From the IMG/VR virus record IMGVR_UViG_3300033551_000016: 39,757 nucleotides of DNA. One strand, given 5' to 3'. Made by a program: the position numbers and the translations under genes. This document shows, in pieces, positions 8,782-16,695 of this stretch. The stretch's first letter is position 1; each line of letters starts with the position of its first letter. A model generated the notes under the pieces. It had not been told where the DNA came from and searched no databases. It saw only the letters and a list, made by a program, of their open reading frames with translations. Source of the DNA: a virus.

Positions 8782-10175
8782 CACCCCTCTCCCGTCTGCC
8801 GCTTGGCTTCGACTTGGGGTGCGTCAGGCACAAGGAACGTCGGCGGGTTCTCGATGAAGACGTTGCGCAGTGCGCCGACCAGAGGGAATTGACGTGTCGC
8901 CATGTCCACGCGGTTTGCGAGCGCGCCCGGCGTCTCCACGAACGGCCACTTGCGGACGGCCTTCACCTTGGCGTCGCTGGAAAGAGCCTCTACCAGTTCG
9001 ATCAACTCGGTGCGCGAGAAATCGCCCCAGTTGTGGTTGTCGCCAGGCCTCTCGTCTGCCGCCCAGGCCTCCCCCGGCCCCTGCTGCTTGGCTTCGGTCA
9101 GGGCGGCGATGGCGTACTCGCGCATCTGCCGTTTCGTGAAAAGGTCGTCGTCATCGGTGATGAACGTCGGCTTCGGCAAATCAGGGAGTCCATCCTCCCC
9201 CCGGTCATGGTGGGGCGGCTGGGTGGTGAGTGCACTGATAGCCCGCAGTTCATCGGCCACCAGCTTCATCGTTCCGGTCGCAGGCTTGGCCTTCGGGTCA
9301 ATCTCGGCGATTAGGCCACGGATACGCGATGCTGCATCTCCCTGCGCCAGTCGCTGCGGATCGTCCTTGCATTCGCACTTGGGGAATCTGCACGTCTCCA
9401 ATCCCAGTACACACAGCGGGTCACTGTCTGGTTGGCGCTGCGGGGCGGGCGGGGTGGCGATTACTTCTGACGGATCGACGCGCTCACCGTTTCTGGCGAT
9501 GGAAAACCCATACGCGCGCATGTCGCGCTGTACGTCTTCCCACTGAGACAGTATTTTAGGATCCAGCGCAGAAGCTGCGGCATAGCCAGCTTCCCAACCA
9601 TCGCTGTACGAGACGCGCGCATAAGCTTCCATCTGCCCCGTATCGAACGCCGCCCATTCCACGCCAGTCTTGTCCAGATACCCGAAAGCGCGAGGCGCGG
9701 GAACGCCGCGATACACCATACCGACGGGGCGCGGCTCTAGGCATGGTGAGCCATGGTCCCAAGGGCACCTGACGGGTTCCCCCACCCCCTCCGTGGGCGC
9801 TTCGCGGGTGAGGGCGGTGTAGGCAGGATTGGTTACCTGCGGCAGTGGCGACGTTTCGGGCATGCTAGCGGGCATGTTGTCCCCGTCACGGAGGCCGGAC
9901 CCGTCCGGCTGCGCTACACCATGATCTATGCACATGCCGCAAAGCACATGCCATTCTGCGCCGATGAAGACGCTTCCGCACTTCTCGCACTGCATGCCGC
10001 CGGGTTCGCGTGCATCCCTGTTGCGGCGACCAGCCAGTTCCGCTTCGATAGTGCGCGCAAGCTCCAGCGGCTCATTATTGCCGTCGTCCGTGTACTTCGC
10101 TGCCTCATCGCGCAGGAAAGGCAGGGCGCGTGTCAGCAACTCCGGCAGGCTCTCATTCTTGGTGGGGGCGTTCAT
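8781..10175 (-). CDS. Hypothetical 464-aa protein with several Cys clusters
   Basis: ATG 10175 lies in an ATGA overlap with the upstream gene. Contains CEKCGSVFIGAEWHVLCGMC (a zinc-ribbon-like four-Cys cluster) and CRFPKCEC. I recognise no family. Confidence 0.7.
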   Translation of the reverse strand: MNAPTKNESLPELLTRALPFLRDEAAKYTDDGNNEPLELARTIEAELAGRRNRDAREPGGMQCEKCGSVFIGAEWHVLCGMCIDHGVAQPDGSGLRDGDNMPASMPETSPLPQVTNPAYTALTREAPTEGVGEPVRCPWDHGSPCLEPRPVGMVYRGVPAPRAFGYLDKTGVEWAAFDTGQMEAYARVSYSDGWEAGYAAASALDPKILSQWEDVQRDMRAYGFSIARNGERVDPSEVIATPPAPQRQPDSDPLCVLGLETCRFPKCECKDDPQRLAQGDAASRIRGLIAEIDPKAKPATGTMKLVADELRAISALTTQPPHHDRGEDGLPDLPKPTFITDDDDLFTKRQMREYAIAALTEAKQQGPGEAWAADERPGDNHNWGDFSRTELIELVEALSSDAKVKAVRKWPFVETPGALANRVDMATRQFPLVGALRNVFIENPPTFLVPDAPQVEAKRQTGEG

Positions 10176-10432
10176 GGTTTGATCCTGTAGAGGTATTCGA
10201 TACGACCGCGAGTTGCGATCAGGCATTCATTCACCGGGACCCATGAGCAACCTTCGTGCTTCCACATGACCGGCTCCAGCATCGCGGCCAGTGCTGCCTG
10301 TAGCGCGGCCTCCAAAACTTCGGTGTCATAGTCGGTGCCGAACATCAGCGCGTCACTCGTCCGGACGCCGCAGAACTCGGCGTTCATCGCGGCGCGCAAC
10401 GCTTCCTTCGTCACCTTCATCTCAGCGGCCAT
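10172..10432 (-). CDS. Hypothetical protein (86 aa)
   Basis: ORF coupled at both ends to its neighbours. Confidence 0.6.
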   Translation of the reverse strand: MAAEMKVTKEALRAAMNAEFCGVRTSDALMFGTDYDTEVLEAALQAALAAMLEPVMWKHEGCSWVPVNECLIATRGRIEYLYRIKP

Positions 10433-10916
10433 CGGTCGGGGGCTCCAGGTTGGTGAGCTTGTGCAGTTCGGATGCCGTCACATCGCCGTAGCTGCGCAGG
10501 TGGAAGATCGGATCGCCGTCAATGACCGTCAGCAGTTCGGCGGCTTCGCGTTGACGCTCGGCGTATTCCTCCGGAGCAGCGCGGAACGGGACTCGCACGC
10601 TCTCGGCAATCTCACCAACGCCAGCCATTGCTTGCCACGCGACCACTGCGGGACGGCACCGATTCAACGCCTCACGCAGCCGGCTAACCTCCCCCTGCAA
10701 GGCGGCGATGGTGCTGACGGGGTGCAGGTCAACAACCTCAAATGGGCCGTCCTCTGCGCGATGCTCATTAGCCCACGCCACGAATCCCTCGGCCTCCTTG
10801 CGATCAATGTTGGCAAGGCCAAACGTCGTCATCCACAGCCCGTAATGTGGAGCGCCCGCATCCTTCAGACTGCGCACACCATAAGCAACCGCCTCGTTCC
10901 GCTTGGGGGTGGTCAT
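10422..10916 (-). CDS. Hypothetical protein (164 aa)
   Basis: ATG 10916 lies in an ATGA overlap with the stop of the upstream gene (10913). The longer ORF-track version would overlap that gene by 97 nt. Confidence 0.6.
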   Translation of the reverse strand: MTTPKRNEAVAYGVRSLKDAGAPHYGLWMTTFGLANIDRKEAEGFVAWANEHRAEDGPFEVVDLHPVSTIAALQGEVSRLREALNRCRPAVVAWQAMAGVGEIAESVRVPFRAAPEEYAERQREAAELLTVIDGDPIFHLRSYGDVTASELHKLTNLEPPTDGR

Positions 10917-11293
10917 GCCGCGGCTCCCGTAACGGCCCCGTCGGGCGGAACGAATCCGCACTGCTGGCAGACCTTGACCAAGCCACCAGTGACGCGCTTG
11001 GTGGCCCAAGAGTGGTCGCAGTGGCGAGTAGCTTTGGGCGGGGTGAACGCTTTCAGCGCGGCGTCAAGCCGCTGGTATCCGTCATGGGCGTACTGATCCA
11101 AGTCGGAGCGAAGCGGCGTCGTGTGGTAGATGTGGCCGAGCGTGGCACTGGCATCGCGCGCAGCCTCGATCAACTCGACAAGCTGGGCGCTAACCTTGTT
11201 GTACTCCGCCTCACTCTTGGCGGTCATGGTCGCCGGATTGGGCATGCCGAGAGCGTGCATCACCTTCATCACGTCAAAAGCCTTCGCATCCAT
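10913..11293 (-). CDS. Hypothetical protein (126 aa) with C-terminal CDH...CQQC
   Basis: ORF with normal amino-acid composition inside the coupled operon. Confidence 0.6.
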   Translation of the reverse strand: MDAKAFDVMKVMHALGMPNPATMTAKSEAEYNKVSAQLVELIEAARDASATLGHIYHTTPLRSDLDQYAHDGYQRLDAALKAFTPPKATRHCDHSWATKRVTGGLVKVCQQCGFVPPDGAVTGAAA

Positions 11294-11306
11294 CTTCCTG
11301 CTCCTG

Positions 11307-11615
11307 TTAGGTGGTATGTCCTAGAGAACGCACATTCCAGTCAGAACCGGACAGCCGACTTAACCGGCGTGTCAGGGCGCGCTCTAGGTCTGCATGGGTG
11401 ACGCTGGCCCCGTAGACCCCGACTAGGTGCCACGGCGGCTTTCCATTGGTGACAGGATGGTTTGCCGGGTACACCGAAATGCCCCCGGCATCATCCACGA
11501 AAACTGCCTTCCTGCCCCCGTTCGGCGTGAACCGGATTGCTGCGTAGACCGCCTTAGCCGCCCTCTCACAGCCAAGGCGCAGCAGGTTCCGGCGGTAGGG
11601 GCGGCGGCCCGTCAT
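11307..11615 (-). CDS. Hypothetical protein (102 aa) immediately downstream of bet
   Basis: ATGA overlap with the bet stop codon. Confidence 0.6.
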   Translation of the reverse strand: MTGRRPYRRNLLRLGCERAAKAVYAAIRFTPNGGRKAVFVDDAGGISVYPANHPVTNGKPPWHLVGVYGASVTHADLERALTRRLSRLSGSDWNVRSLGHTT

Positions 11616-12442
11616 TCGCGGGGCAGCCTCGTTTTCAGGACATCACGCTCGTGGGTTGTCAGGCATCCGCCCTTTGACGGAGCAAGCCACAAATCCATCT
11701 GCGCAGCCTGCGGGATGCCGGCCCACGTCTCAGCTACGGTGTAGAGAAGGTCAGGATTGGCAGTGCTATCCCATTCGCCGATCAGTTCCTTGATAAGGTC
11801 GATGCTCGGGCCGTACTGTTCGTATGCCGCATCGCATCGCTGCTTGCGCTCGTCCAGAATCCGGGCCTCAGGAACAATCTCTGCCGTCACGGCTTCGGGC
11901 GTCGCCATCATCCGTTCGGCCTCGTCCGGCTCCATGATCCCAGCGAATCCGAACGCATAGCGGGACGCCTGAATGGCAGCCTTGTGGCGTAGCATTCGCG
12001 CGGGCCACTGCTTCCACGTATCCGTGTTGCGGCGGCACTCGGTCATGTACTCGGTGACCTCTACCGGGTGCTGCCTGTCCTTGCGGTACATTTTGCAGGT
12101 TACCGAGACGAGCTGCCCATCGGGGCTTACCTGATCCACGAATGCCATGCCGTCAAACTGCGGATGGGAGTTGATGAGCTTCATCCAGCCATCTACCGAC
12201 ACCACCGGCTGAATGCCGCCGTTACGACCTGGGAACGCGAAGATTTCCTTGGTGAACGGGTTGAGTTTGTGTTCTTTGGCGACGAGGCAGAAGGCGGCAA
12301 TCTGCTCATTGGAGACGTTGCCACCTCCGTTCGGCATGATGGTGGCGCGCATTGTCTGAACAAACGCCTCCTTGTTCATCCCGTAATGGGTGGCAAGGCC
12401 GGCAATGACGCCGGGGTTTTCGATTACCGCGATGTTGGACAT
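11612..12442 (-). CDS. bet: Single-strand annealing recombinase, lambda Beta (Red-beta) family
   Basis: Long colinear similarity to lambda Beta as I remember it: KLNPFTKEIFAFPGRNGGIQPVVSVDGWMKLINSHPQFDGMAF, YRKDRQHPVEVTEYMTECRR, ARMLRHKAAIQASRYAFGFAGIMEPDEAERM. Confidence 0.9.
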   Translation of the reverse strand: MSNIAVIENPGVIAGLATHYGMNKEAFVQTMRATIMPNGGGNVSNEQIAAFCLVAKEHKLNPFTKEIFAFPGRNGGIQPVVSVDGWMKLINSHPQFDGMAFVDQVSPDGQLVSVTCKMYRKDRQHPVEVTEYMTECRRNTDTWKQWPARMLRHKAAIQASRYAFGFAGIMEPDEAERMMATPEAVTAEIVPEARILDERKQRCDAAYEQYGPSIDLIKELIGEWDSTANPDLLYTVAETWAGIPQAAQMDLWLAPSKGGCLTTHERDVLKTRLPRE

Positions 12443-12618
12443 TGCTGCTTCTCGGTGTGGGTCTGATTGGTAAGACGGAAATCGCAGCGCTGGCCGGCCA
12501 CGACGGTTTGCGAGTAGGCGAACTGTGCCTGCCTCAACTCTTCGTCCCTCAGGTCAAGCCGACCCCTGAAGCATGGCGGGACCTCTGCTATGACGGTGCG
12601 GCGGTCGGCATGATTCAC
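12424..12618 (-). CDS. Hypothetical small protein (64 aa)
   Basis: GTG start in a GTGA overlap with the upstream stop. The 3' end overlaps the bet start by 19 nt. Confidence 0.4.
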   Translation of the reverse strand: MNHADRRTVIAEVPPCFRGRLDLRDEELRQAQFAYSQTVVAGQRCDFRLTNQTHTEKQQCPTSR

Positions 12619-12818
12619 GATTGGCGCTCCTTTTCGGCCCGACGTTCATCGGCGTATTTCGACTCCCAGCGCTCGCCTTGGCAGTTGAATATAAACTCGT
12701 AATCGGCAGGGCCCCGGTCATTCTTGGCTCTTGGATGACTGCAATACGTCCCCCAAGGGGCCAAGAAATGCGCAAGCCCGTTGCAGTGCCAGCATGTAGA
12801 ACAATCCTTATCGCTCAT
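12615..12818 (-). CDS. Cys-rich small protein (67 aa)
   Basis: ATG 12818 with GGAGG (12826-12830) 7 nt upstream. Sequence MSDKDCSTCWHCNG...CSHP...NCQGERW. Confidence 0.6.
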   Translation of the reverse strand: MSDKDCSTCWHCNGLAHFLAPWGTYCSHPRAKNDRGPADYEFIFNCQGERWESKYADERRAEKERQS

Positions 12819-12832
12819 CCCACATCCTCCAA

Positions 12833-12952
12833 TCAGCTCAACAGGAAGAACGCAGGAATCGCCAGAATCAGGCCAGCCCCAGCCCCGATCAGGAACGCCC
12901 CGACGGACTCGCGGTAAAGCCACTGGCGCAGGGGCATCGTGGATTCGTTCAT
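12833..12952 (-). CDS. Candidate 39-aa single-pass membrane peptide, below the ORF-track cut-off
   Basis: ATG lies in an ATGA overlap with the stop of 12949..13359. Translation: MNESTMPLRQWLYRESVGAFLIGAGAGLILAIPAFFLLS. The stop sits just before the SD of the next gene. Confidence 0.4.
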   Translation of the reverse strand: MNESTMPLRQWLYRESVGAFLIGAGAGLILAIPAFFLLS

Positions 12953-13359
12953 GCGGGCTCTCCGGTTGCTTTGGCGATTGCGGCGCGGGCATTCCTCACA
13001 TTGGCGTTGTTATCAGACTTGTCGCCAAATTCATGAAGGAATCCGATCAGCGCATCAAGAAGATCGGGTGCGGCAGCGATCAGATTCGCGTCTGGATGGT
13101 CAACAGAGGCACACCAATCCACATGATGGGCTCGGCCTGGGAATGGCTTAATCCAGTCCTTGCGGTCAGATAGCTTGTGAAGGATGCGAAACCCGTCGTC
13201 ATCACCCATGAATCGTGGTTGTGCGCCACCCATTCCCCAGCGCCTGAAGTCCATGACTGTCTTGTCGAACGTGGGCCGACCGCCCACAAGGGATATGCCC
13301 TTATAGCTTTCGTTGAACTCCCAGCGCCACGGCCCCGGCGTATGCTTCGTGCTCATCAC
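12949..13359 (-). CDS. Hypothetical protein with an N-terminal HTPGPW motif
   Basis: MMSTKHTPGPWRWE ... ANLIAAAPDLLDAL, a recurrent phage protein pattern of unknown function. Confidence 0.65.
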   Translation of the reverse strand: MMSTKHTPGPWRWEFNESYKGISLVGGRPTFDKTVMDFRRWGMGGAQPRFMGDDDGFRILHKLSDRKDWIKPFPGRAHHVDWCASVDHPDANLIAAAPDLLDALIGFLHEFGDKSDNNANVRNARAAIAKATGEPA

Positions 13360-13649
13360 TCGCCCTCGTTGAGTTGTTGCAGCTTCTTGTCGATAAGACG
13401 CGAAAAACGTCTTGCATGGGACAGAAGCGGAGAAAGTTCCGGGTGATCTGCGAACAGCTTACGCAGCAGCACCAACTGATCGGCCAAGTCCTCGACCAGT
13501 TCCGGCACGTCACCATCGCGCCAGAGGTCAGCAGCGACCACGGCAGCGGCATCGTGACGGTCGAATGCGGGCTCTGAGTAGTCCGGCGAGTTCGGGTTCG
13601 TGTTGTCGCCCGGAAGATCGCCAGGACCCTTCATGTGTGAGTAGTTCAT
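13356..13649 (-). CDS. Hypothetical acidic protein (97 aa)
   Basis: ATG 13649 is preceded by GGAGGA. The GTG 13781 extension in the ORF track has no SD. Confidence 0.55.
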   Translation of the reverse strand: MNYSHMKGPGDLPGDNTNPNSPDYSEPAFDRHDAAAVVAADLWRDGDVPELVEDLADQLVLLRKLFADHPELSPLLSHARRFSRLIDKKLQQLNEGE

Positions 13650-13741
13650 TTGCGATCCTCCAGTGCTATGAATATGAGAAGCACGAGTTGAATTATCGCC
13701 AACCCAAGCGAAGCGCCAAAAAGTAGGCCCAACATGATCAT
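13646..13741 (-). CDS. Candidate 31-aa hydrophobic peptide
   Basis: Translation MIMLGLLFGASLGLAIIQLVLLIFIALEDRK. Overlapping start and stop with both neighbours. Confidence 0.3.
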   Translation of the reverse strand: MIMLGLLFGASLGLAIIQLVLLIFIALEDRK

Positions 13742-13887
13742 CCTCGTGCTGCGGAAGTGTGCATGGAAGTGGTATCGACACTGTGCGCGTTGTAGGCCAG
13801 CGCTGAGCCGACGACCAGTGCGGCGATCAGGATCTTACCGAAGTTACGGCGCGTCCAGAGTTCGGCTATGCGGAGGGCGCGGGTCAC
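13738..13887 (-). CDS. Candidate 49-aa single-pass membrane peptide
   Basis: GTG in a GTGA overlap with the stop of 13884..14138. Contains the helix KILIAALVVGSALAY. Confidence 0.3.
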   Translation of the reverse strand: MTRALRIAELWTRRNFGKILIAALVVGSALAYNAHSVDTTSMHTSAARG

Positions 13888-14138
13888 TTTGCACTCCCGA
13901 CGTTGGCGAGGGCTGCGTTTAGCCTATTCCACATCGCATCCTGTTCCAGAAGGGATGTGTCGTTATGCTTATCCGATTCGTAGTCATTTATGACTCGCGC
14001 CGCCTCGATCAACTCGGTGATGGCATCGAAGACAGCGTGAGCCTCGGCCACCTGCTCAAGGCATGCCACTTGCTCTGCGAGCGAGACATGCCGACCGAGC
14101 ACCGCCAGCACGTCGATGGGCCTGATTTGTTCGTTCAT
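13884..14138 (-). CDS. Hypothetical protein (84 aa), first gene of the leftward operon
   Basis: ORF adjacent to the divergent control region. Helical, acidic sequence. Confidence 0.65.
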   Translation of the reverse strand: MNEQIRPIDVLAVLGRHVSLAEQVACLEQVAEAHAVFDAITELIEAARVINDYESDKHNDTSLLEQDAMWNRLNAALANVGSAK

Positions 14139-14181
14139 GATCGTTTCCCCGTGGGGCCGGTGGTGTCCGGCTGCTGGGGCT

Positions 14182-14209
14182 AGATTACTCCTTTCCGATT
14201 CGCTGTCAA
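14182..14209 (-). promoter_or_regulatory. Candidate leftward sigma70-type promoter
   Basis: The minus strand reads TTGACA (14209-14204), N16, TAATCT (14187-14182), about 45 nt upstream of the first leftward start codon. Confidence 0.4.
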
Positions 14210-14214
14210 CCCCT

Positions 14215-14242
14215 TGCGGTCAACTATTTTATCTGCTAGGGT
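14215..14242 (+). promoter_or_regulatory. Candidate rightward promoter
   Basis: TTGCGG (14215-14220), N16, TAGGGT (14237-14242), upstream of SD GGAGAAA and ATG 14271. GTCAAC occurs twice, 14 bp apart (14205, 14219). Confidence 0.25.
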
Positions 14243-14270
14243 TGCTCTGCGTCACACATCGGAGAAACGC

Positions 14271-14438
14271 ATGTCAGACCAGTACATCAAGACGCTACAG
14301 GCAGCGGCCAAGCGTCGAAAGGAAATTGTGCGACTTCACAAGAAACCAATGAGTGCCACAGAGATCGCAAACGTATTGGGGATTTCGCGTCAGCGGGTTA
14401 GCGAGATACTTAAGCAGGAAAAAGGGAGAGTGAAATGA
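14271..14438 (+). CDS. Small HTH DNA-binding protein (55 aa), first gene of the rightward unit (Cro-like position)
   Basis: SD GGAGAAA sits before ATG 14271. MSATEIANVLGISRQRVSEILK is a classic HTH. Confidence 0.7.
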   Translation: MSDQYIKTLQAAAKRRKEIVRLHKKPMSATEIANVLGISRQRVSEILKQEKGRVK

Positions 14439-14641
14439 ATGCTATTGGGTGGTTGACGGTGGTTGTCGGCGCGGTCCTTCTTCGGGTAGGGCCGTTCATT
14501 GCGTTGCTGTACGGGGTATGGATTGCTGTTGACAGCCATAGCTTCGGCAAAGGCCTCGTAGCGTTTCTCTTATGGTCAGTCGCATGCGTGATGATCGGCC
14601 TTGTCTGCGTGTTATCTAGCGTTTTCATGACGGACGACTAA
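14435..14641 (+). CDS. Small membrane protein (2 TM)
   Basis: ATGA overlap with the upstream gene. Hydrophobic sequence. Confidence 0.6.
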   Translation: MNAIGWLTVVVGAVLLRVGPFIALLYGVWIAVDSHSFGKGLVAFLLWSVACVMIGLVCVLSSVFMTDD

Positions 14642-14642
14642 C

Positions 14643-14834
14643 ATGACATCGAACATCCACGACATCCGCGCCCGTGATCCAGAGCGCGAAGCACTTGCCC
14701 GCCAGCTAGAAGAGTGGCGAGCAGCCGGAGGGATTCCGGAGATTGTGACCGACGCCCCTAGGCAGGACCGCATGTCGGCCAGCCAGGAGGAACGAAATTT
14801 AGCAAGCTGGGAGAATCGAAATGAAGCTATTTAG
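14643..14834 (+). CDS. Hypothetical protein (63 aa)
   Basis: ORF packed tightly between its neighbours. Confidence 0.55.
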   Translation: MTSNIHDIRARDPEREALARQLEEWRAAGGIPEIVTDAPRQDRMSASQEERNLASWENRNEAI

Positions 14835-15018
14835 GGCCTTCCTTCTTCTTTTGGTGTGGTCGGCAATTTATTACTTGGGCGGCGTATTTGTTTCTGGCGA
14901 CTGGAATACGTCGGAATGGGACCCTGCGGCCAAGTTTGTAACACTTATTTTTGTTTGGCTTCCTGGGCTCATCGTATGTGCCATCGCTTATATGGAGACT
15001 GTCATAGATGACCGCTAA
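14821..15018 (+). CDS. Small membrane protein (2 TM), in a visibly AT-richer segment
   Basis: Hydrophobic ORF. The local sequence is noticeably less GC-rich than its flanks. Confidence 0.55.
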   Translation: MKLFRAFLLLLVWSAIYYLGGVFVSGDWNTSEWDPAAKFVTLIFVWLPGLIVCAIAYMETVIDDR

Positions 15019-15343
15019 GACCCAAGCCCGCGCAAAGACAGAGCGGGGCATCCAGTCGTCCGCCGATCACGCGGGCCCCGAATGGCAAGAGGAAATGATG
15101 CACTGGCTGCGCCTGTACCTGCGTCACCTTCGCCGAAAGTGGGGATGGGATCACGAGTTCATAATCGAGGACTTCCGCCTGTGGGCTGCATCCAAGGGCG
15201 CGAAGATGCCGGACGAACTGAGGGCATTCGGTGCGCTGACTCAGCGGGCGCAGAAGGAAAAACTGATTCGGAAGACGCAGCACTTTACCCCGTCACGCAG
15301 CAGCAACTACAGTCCGAAGCGCAATTTCGTGAGGTGCGTATGA
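15008..15343 (+). CDS. Hypothetical protein (111 aa)
   Basis: ORF with normal composition. Confidence 0.6.
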   Translation: MTAKTQARAKTERGIQSSADHAGPEWQEEMMHWLRLYLRHLRRKWGWDHEFIIEDFRLWAASKGAKMPDELRAFGALTQRAQKEKLIRKTQHFTPSRSSNYSPKRNFVRCV

Positions 15344-15702
15344 CCATCGAACAAGACCTAGTCCGCGTGCTGGAAGCTCGTGAGGCATGCCGGAGTCTTC
15401 CCCAACGGATGGAGGATATTGATAGGAATGCGCGTGCGTGGCATGTCTATGAGACGGCCTGCTCCGAGTTTATGTCAGCCCATGCAAATGAACTCCTAAT
15501 CGCCCTATCCGACCAGCGCCGGCTGAGGGATGCTACTACCGGGGAGTGTGTCGAGGTCGGCGAACTTCAGGGGCAGCAGGACATTGATGGGAATCAGTTT
15601 GTTGGCGTCCTTATCGAATCCAAGCCAGACGAGTTGCGCCGTGGAGGCCCAATCATCTATAGGAAGGTCGCCCTCGTCCCGCTAGACCAGGAGGGCGAGT
15701 GA
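15340..15702 (+). CDS. Hypothetical protein (120 aa)
   Basis: ATG 15340 lies in an ATGA overlap with the upstream stop. The longer ORF-track form (15082) would overlap the previous gene by 262 nt. Confidence 0.6.
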   Translation: MTIEQDLVRVLEAREACRSLPQRMEDIDRNARAWHVYETACSEFMSAHANELLIALSDQRRLRDATTGECVEVGELQGQQDIDGNQFVGVLIESKPDELRRGGPIIYRKVALVPLDQEGE

Positions 15703-15854
15703 TGAGCGAGCGCAAAATGACCGAAGCCGAGCGTAAGGAGTACGAAGCCCTCCGCGCCCGTGGCTATGCCCTGCTCCGTGAGGCGCACGCCATCTTTATG
15801 ACGGCCCACGGAAAGCAAGACCCCCTAACCCGCCCCTGCAAAGGAGAGGTATGA
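15702..15854 (+). CDS. Candidate 50-aa protein, below the ORF-track cut-off
   Basis: Translation MSERKMTEAERKEYEALRARGYALLREAHAIFMTAHGKQDPLTRPCKGEV. The start shares a base with the upstream TGA and the stop lies in an ATGA overlap with the next gene. Confidence 0.4.
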   Translation: MSERKMTEAERKEYEALRARGYALLREAHAIFMTAHGKQDPLTRPCKGEV

Positions 15855-16081
15855 ACATCGTAAAGAAAGTCCGACAAGGCGAAATGCTACCAGCGTGGTA
15901 CGGATGTGCGTGGCGCGAATGGGAGATGGATAGGATGGTATGTCTTCCTATCGGGCTAAACGTGTTATGTGCGCTTATGAGGCGAATCTATCATTTGGTA
16001 AAGATGGGTGGCATCTCAGTTCCTGTTGACCCCCGCGACGCCTACGCACAGGGGCTACGAGACGGGAAGCGCAGCCCATGA
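15851..16081 (+). CDS. Hypothetical protein (76 aa)
   Basis: ORF coupled to the upstream one. Confidence 0.5.
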   Translation: MNIVKKVRQGEMLPAWYGCAWREWEMDRMVCLPIGLNVLCALMRRIYHLVKMGGISVPVDPRDAYAQGLRDGKRSP

Positions 16082-16109
16082 CGACCCGCACACCGATGGA
16101 GATGTCTCC

Positions 16110-16265
16110 GTGAACACTGCACGTCTAGCGAATGCCCTTATCGCCTGCCTAGCTCTGTACGTGGCCGGCGAGTCGTTTGCCATTGGGAACCGCAAGGGAG
16201 GATGGTTGTGCCTTGTCTGCTTCGCTGCTAACGTCGCCTGTCTAGTGTGCTTCTGGCCGAACTAA
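16110..16265 (+). CDS. Candidate small membrane protein (51 aa)
   Basis: GTG 16110 lies 8 nt after GGAG (16098-16101). Hydrophobic LANALIACLALYVAG ... LCLVCFAANVACLVCF. Confidence 0.35.
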   Translation: MNTARLANALIACLALYVAGESFAIGNRKGGWLCLVCFAANVACLVCFWPN

Positions 16266-16268
16266 CCA

Positions 16269-16478
16269 ATGACCAAGCGAACAAGAATGGAGATGAGCTG
16301 CTGGCGAGGAAAGAACCGGCGCGGTCCGTGGCATGACTTCCGCGTGACCCTTGGCGACTGGCTGTGGAAGGATGCGAGCTTGGGTAGCTACATGCGGAAG
16401 TCGAAGAAGAAAGCCATGCCTAAGCTTCGTGAGGACCGCGTTATCTACAGACGCCATAACCGAAAACCCAAGCCCTAA
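16269..16478 (+). CDS. Highly basic small protein (69 aa)
   Basis: ORF rich in Arg/Lys. It is the last gene before the 444-nt non-coding gap. Confidence 0.5.
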   Translation: MTKRTRMEMSCWRGKNRRGPWHDFRVTLGDWLWKDASLGSYMRKSKKKAMPKLREDRVIYRRHNRKPKP

Positions 16479-16503
16479 CCCCTTGCATCCCCCTGAGAGA
16501 CCC

Positions 16504-16532
16504 TTGACACCCGGCTAGCCCGGGTGTATTTC
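16504..16532 (+). promoter_or_regulatory. Candidate promoter whose spacer is a GC-rich palindrome. It could instead be the terminator hairpin of the upstream genes
   Basis: Perfect TTGACA (16504-16509), N17, TATTTC (16527-16532). The spacer contains ACACCCGG-ctagc-CCGGGTGT (16507-16527). Confidence 0.3.
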
Positions 16533-16534
16533 TA

Positions 16535-16695
16535 TCCGCGCAACCGGTTGGCACCGGACGCTGTTGGGCTCTAGAATGCAAGCACAACCCCAGGAAGTTT
16601 AGAGGGGCGGTGTAGCAAGCAAAGACGACTAGAGCCCGTCCGCGTTAGCTGCCTCGCCAAGGCCCGCCCCTCTAAGCCTCTTGGGGTTTTTCTTT
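16535..16695 (+). ncRNA. Candidate ~160-nt structured RNA (pseudoknot-capable) ending in an intrinsic-terminator-like helix plus T-tract
   Basis: A ~25-bp helix forms between 16586-16610 and 16664-16688, including the perfect pairing TTAGAGGGGCGG/CCGCCCCTCTAA and AACCCCA/TGGGGTT. It is followed by TTTTTCTTT (16687-16695). A second 9-bp helix, GGGCTCTAG (16566-16574) with CTAGAGCCC (16629-16637), interleaves with it. Confidence 0.3.
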
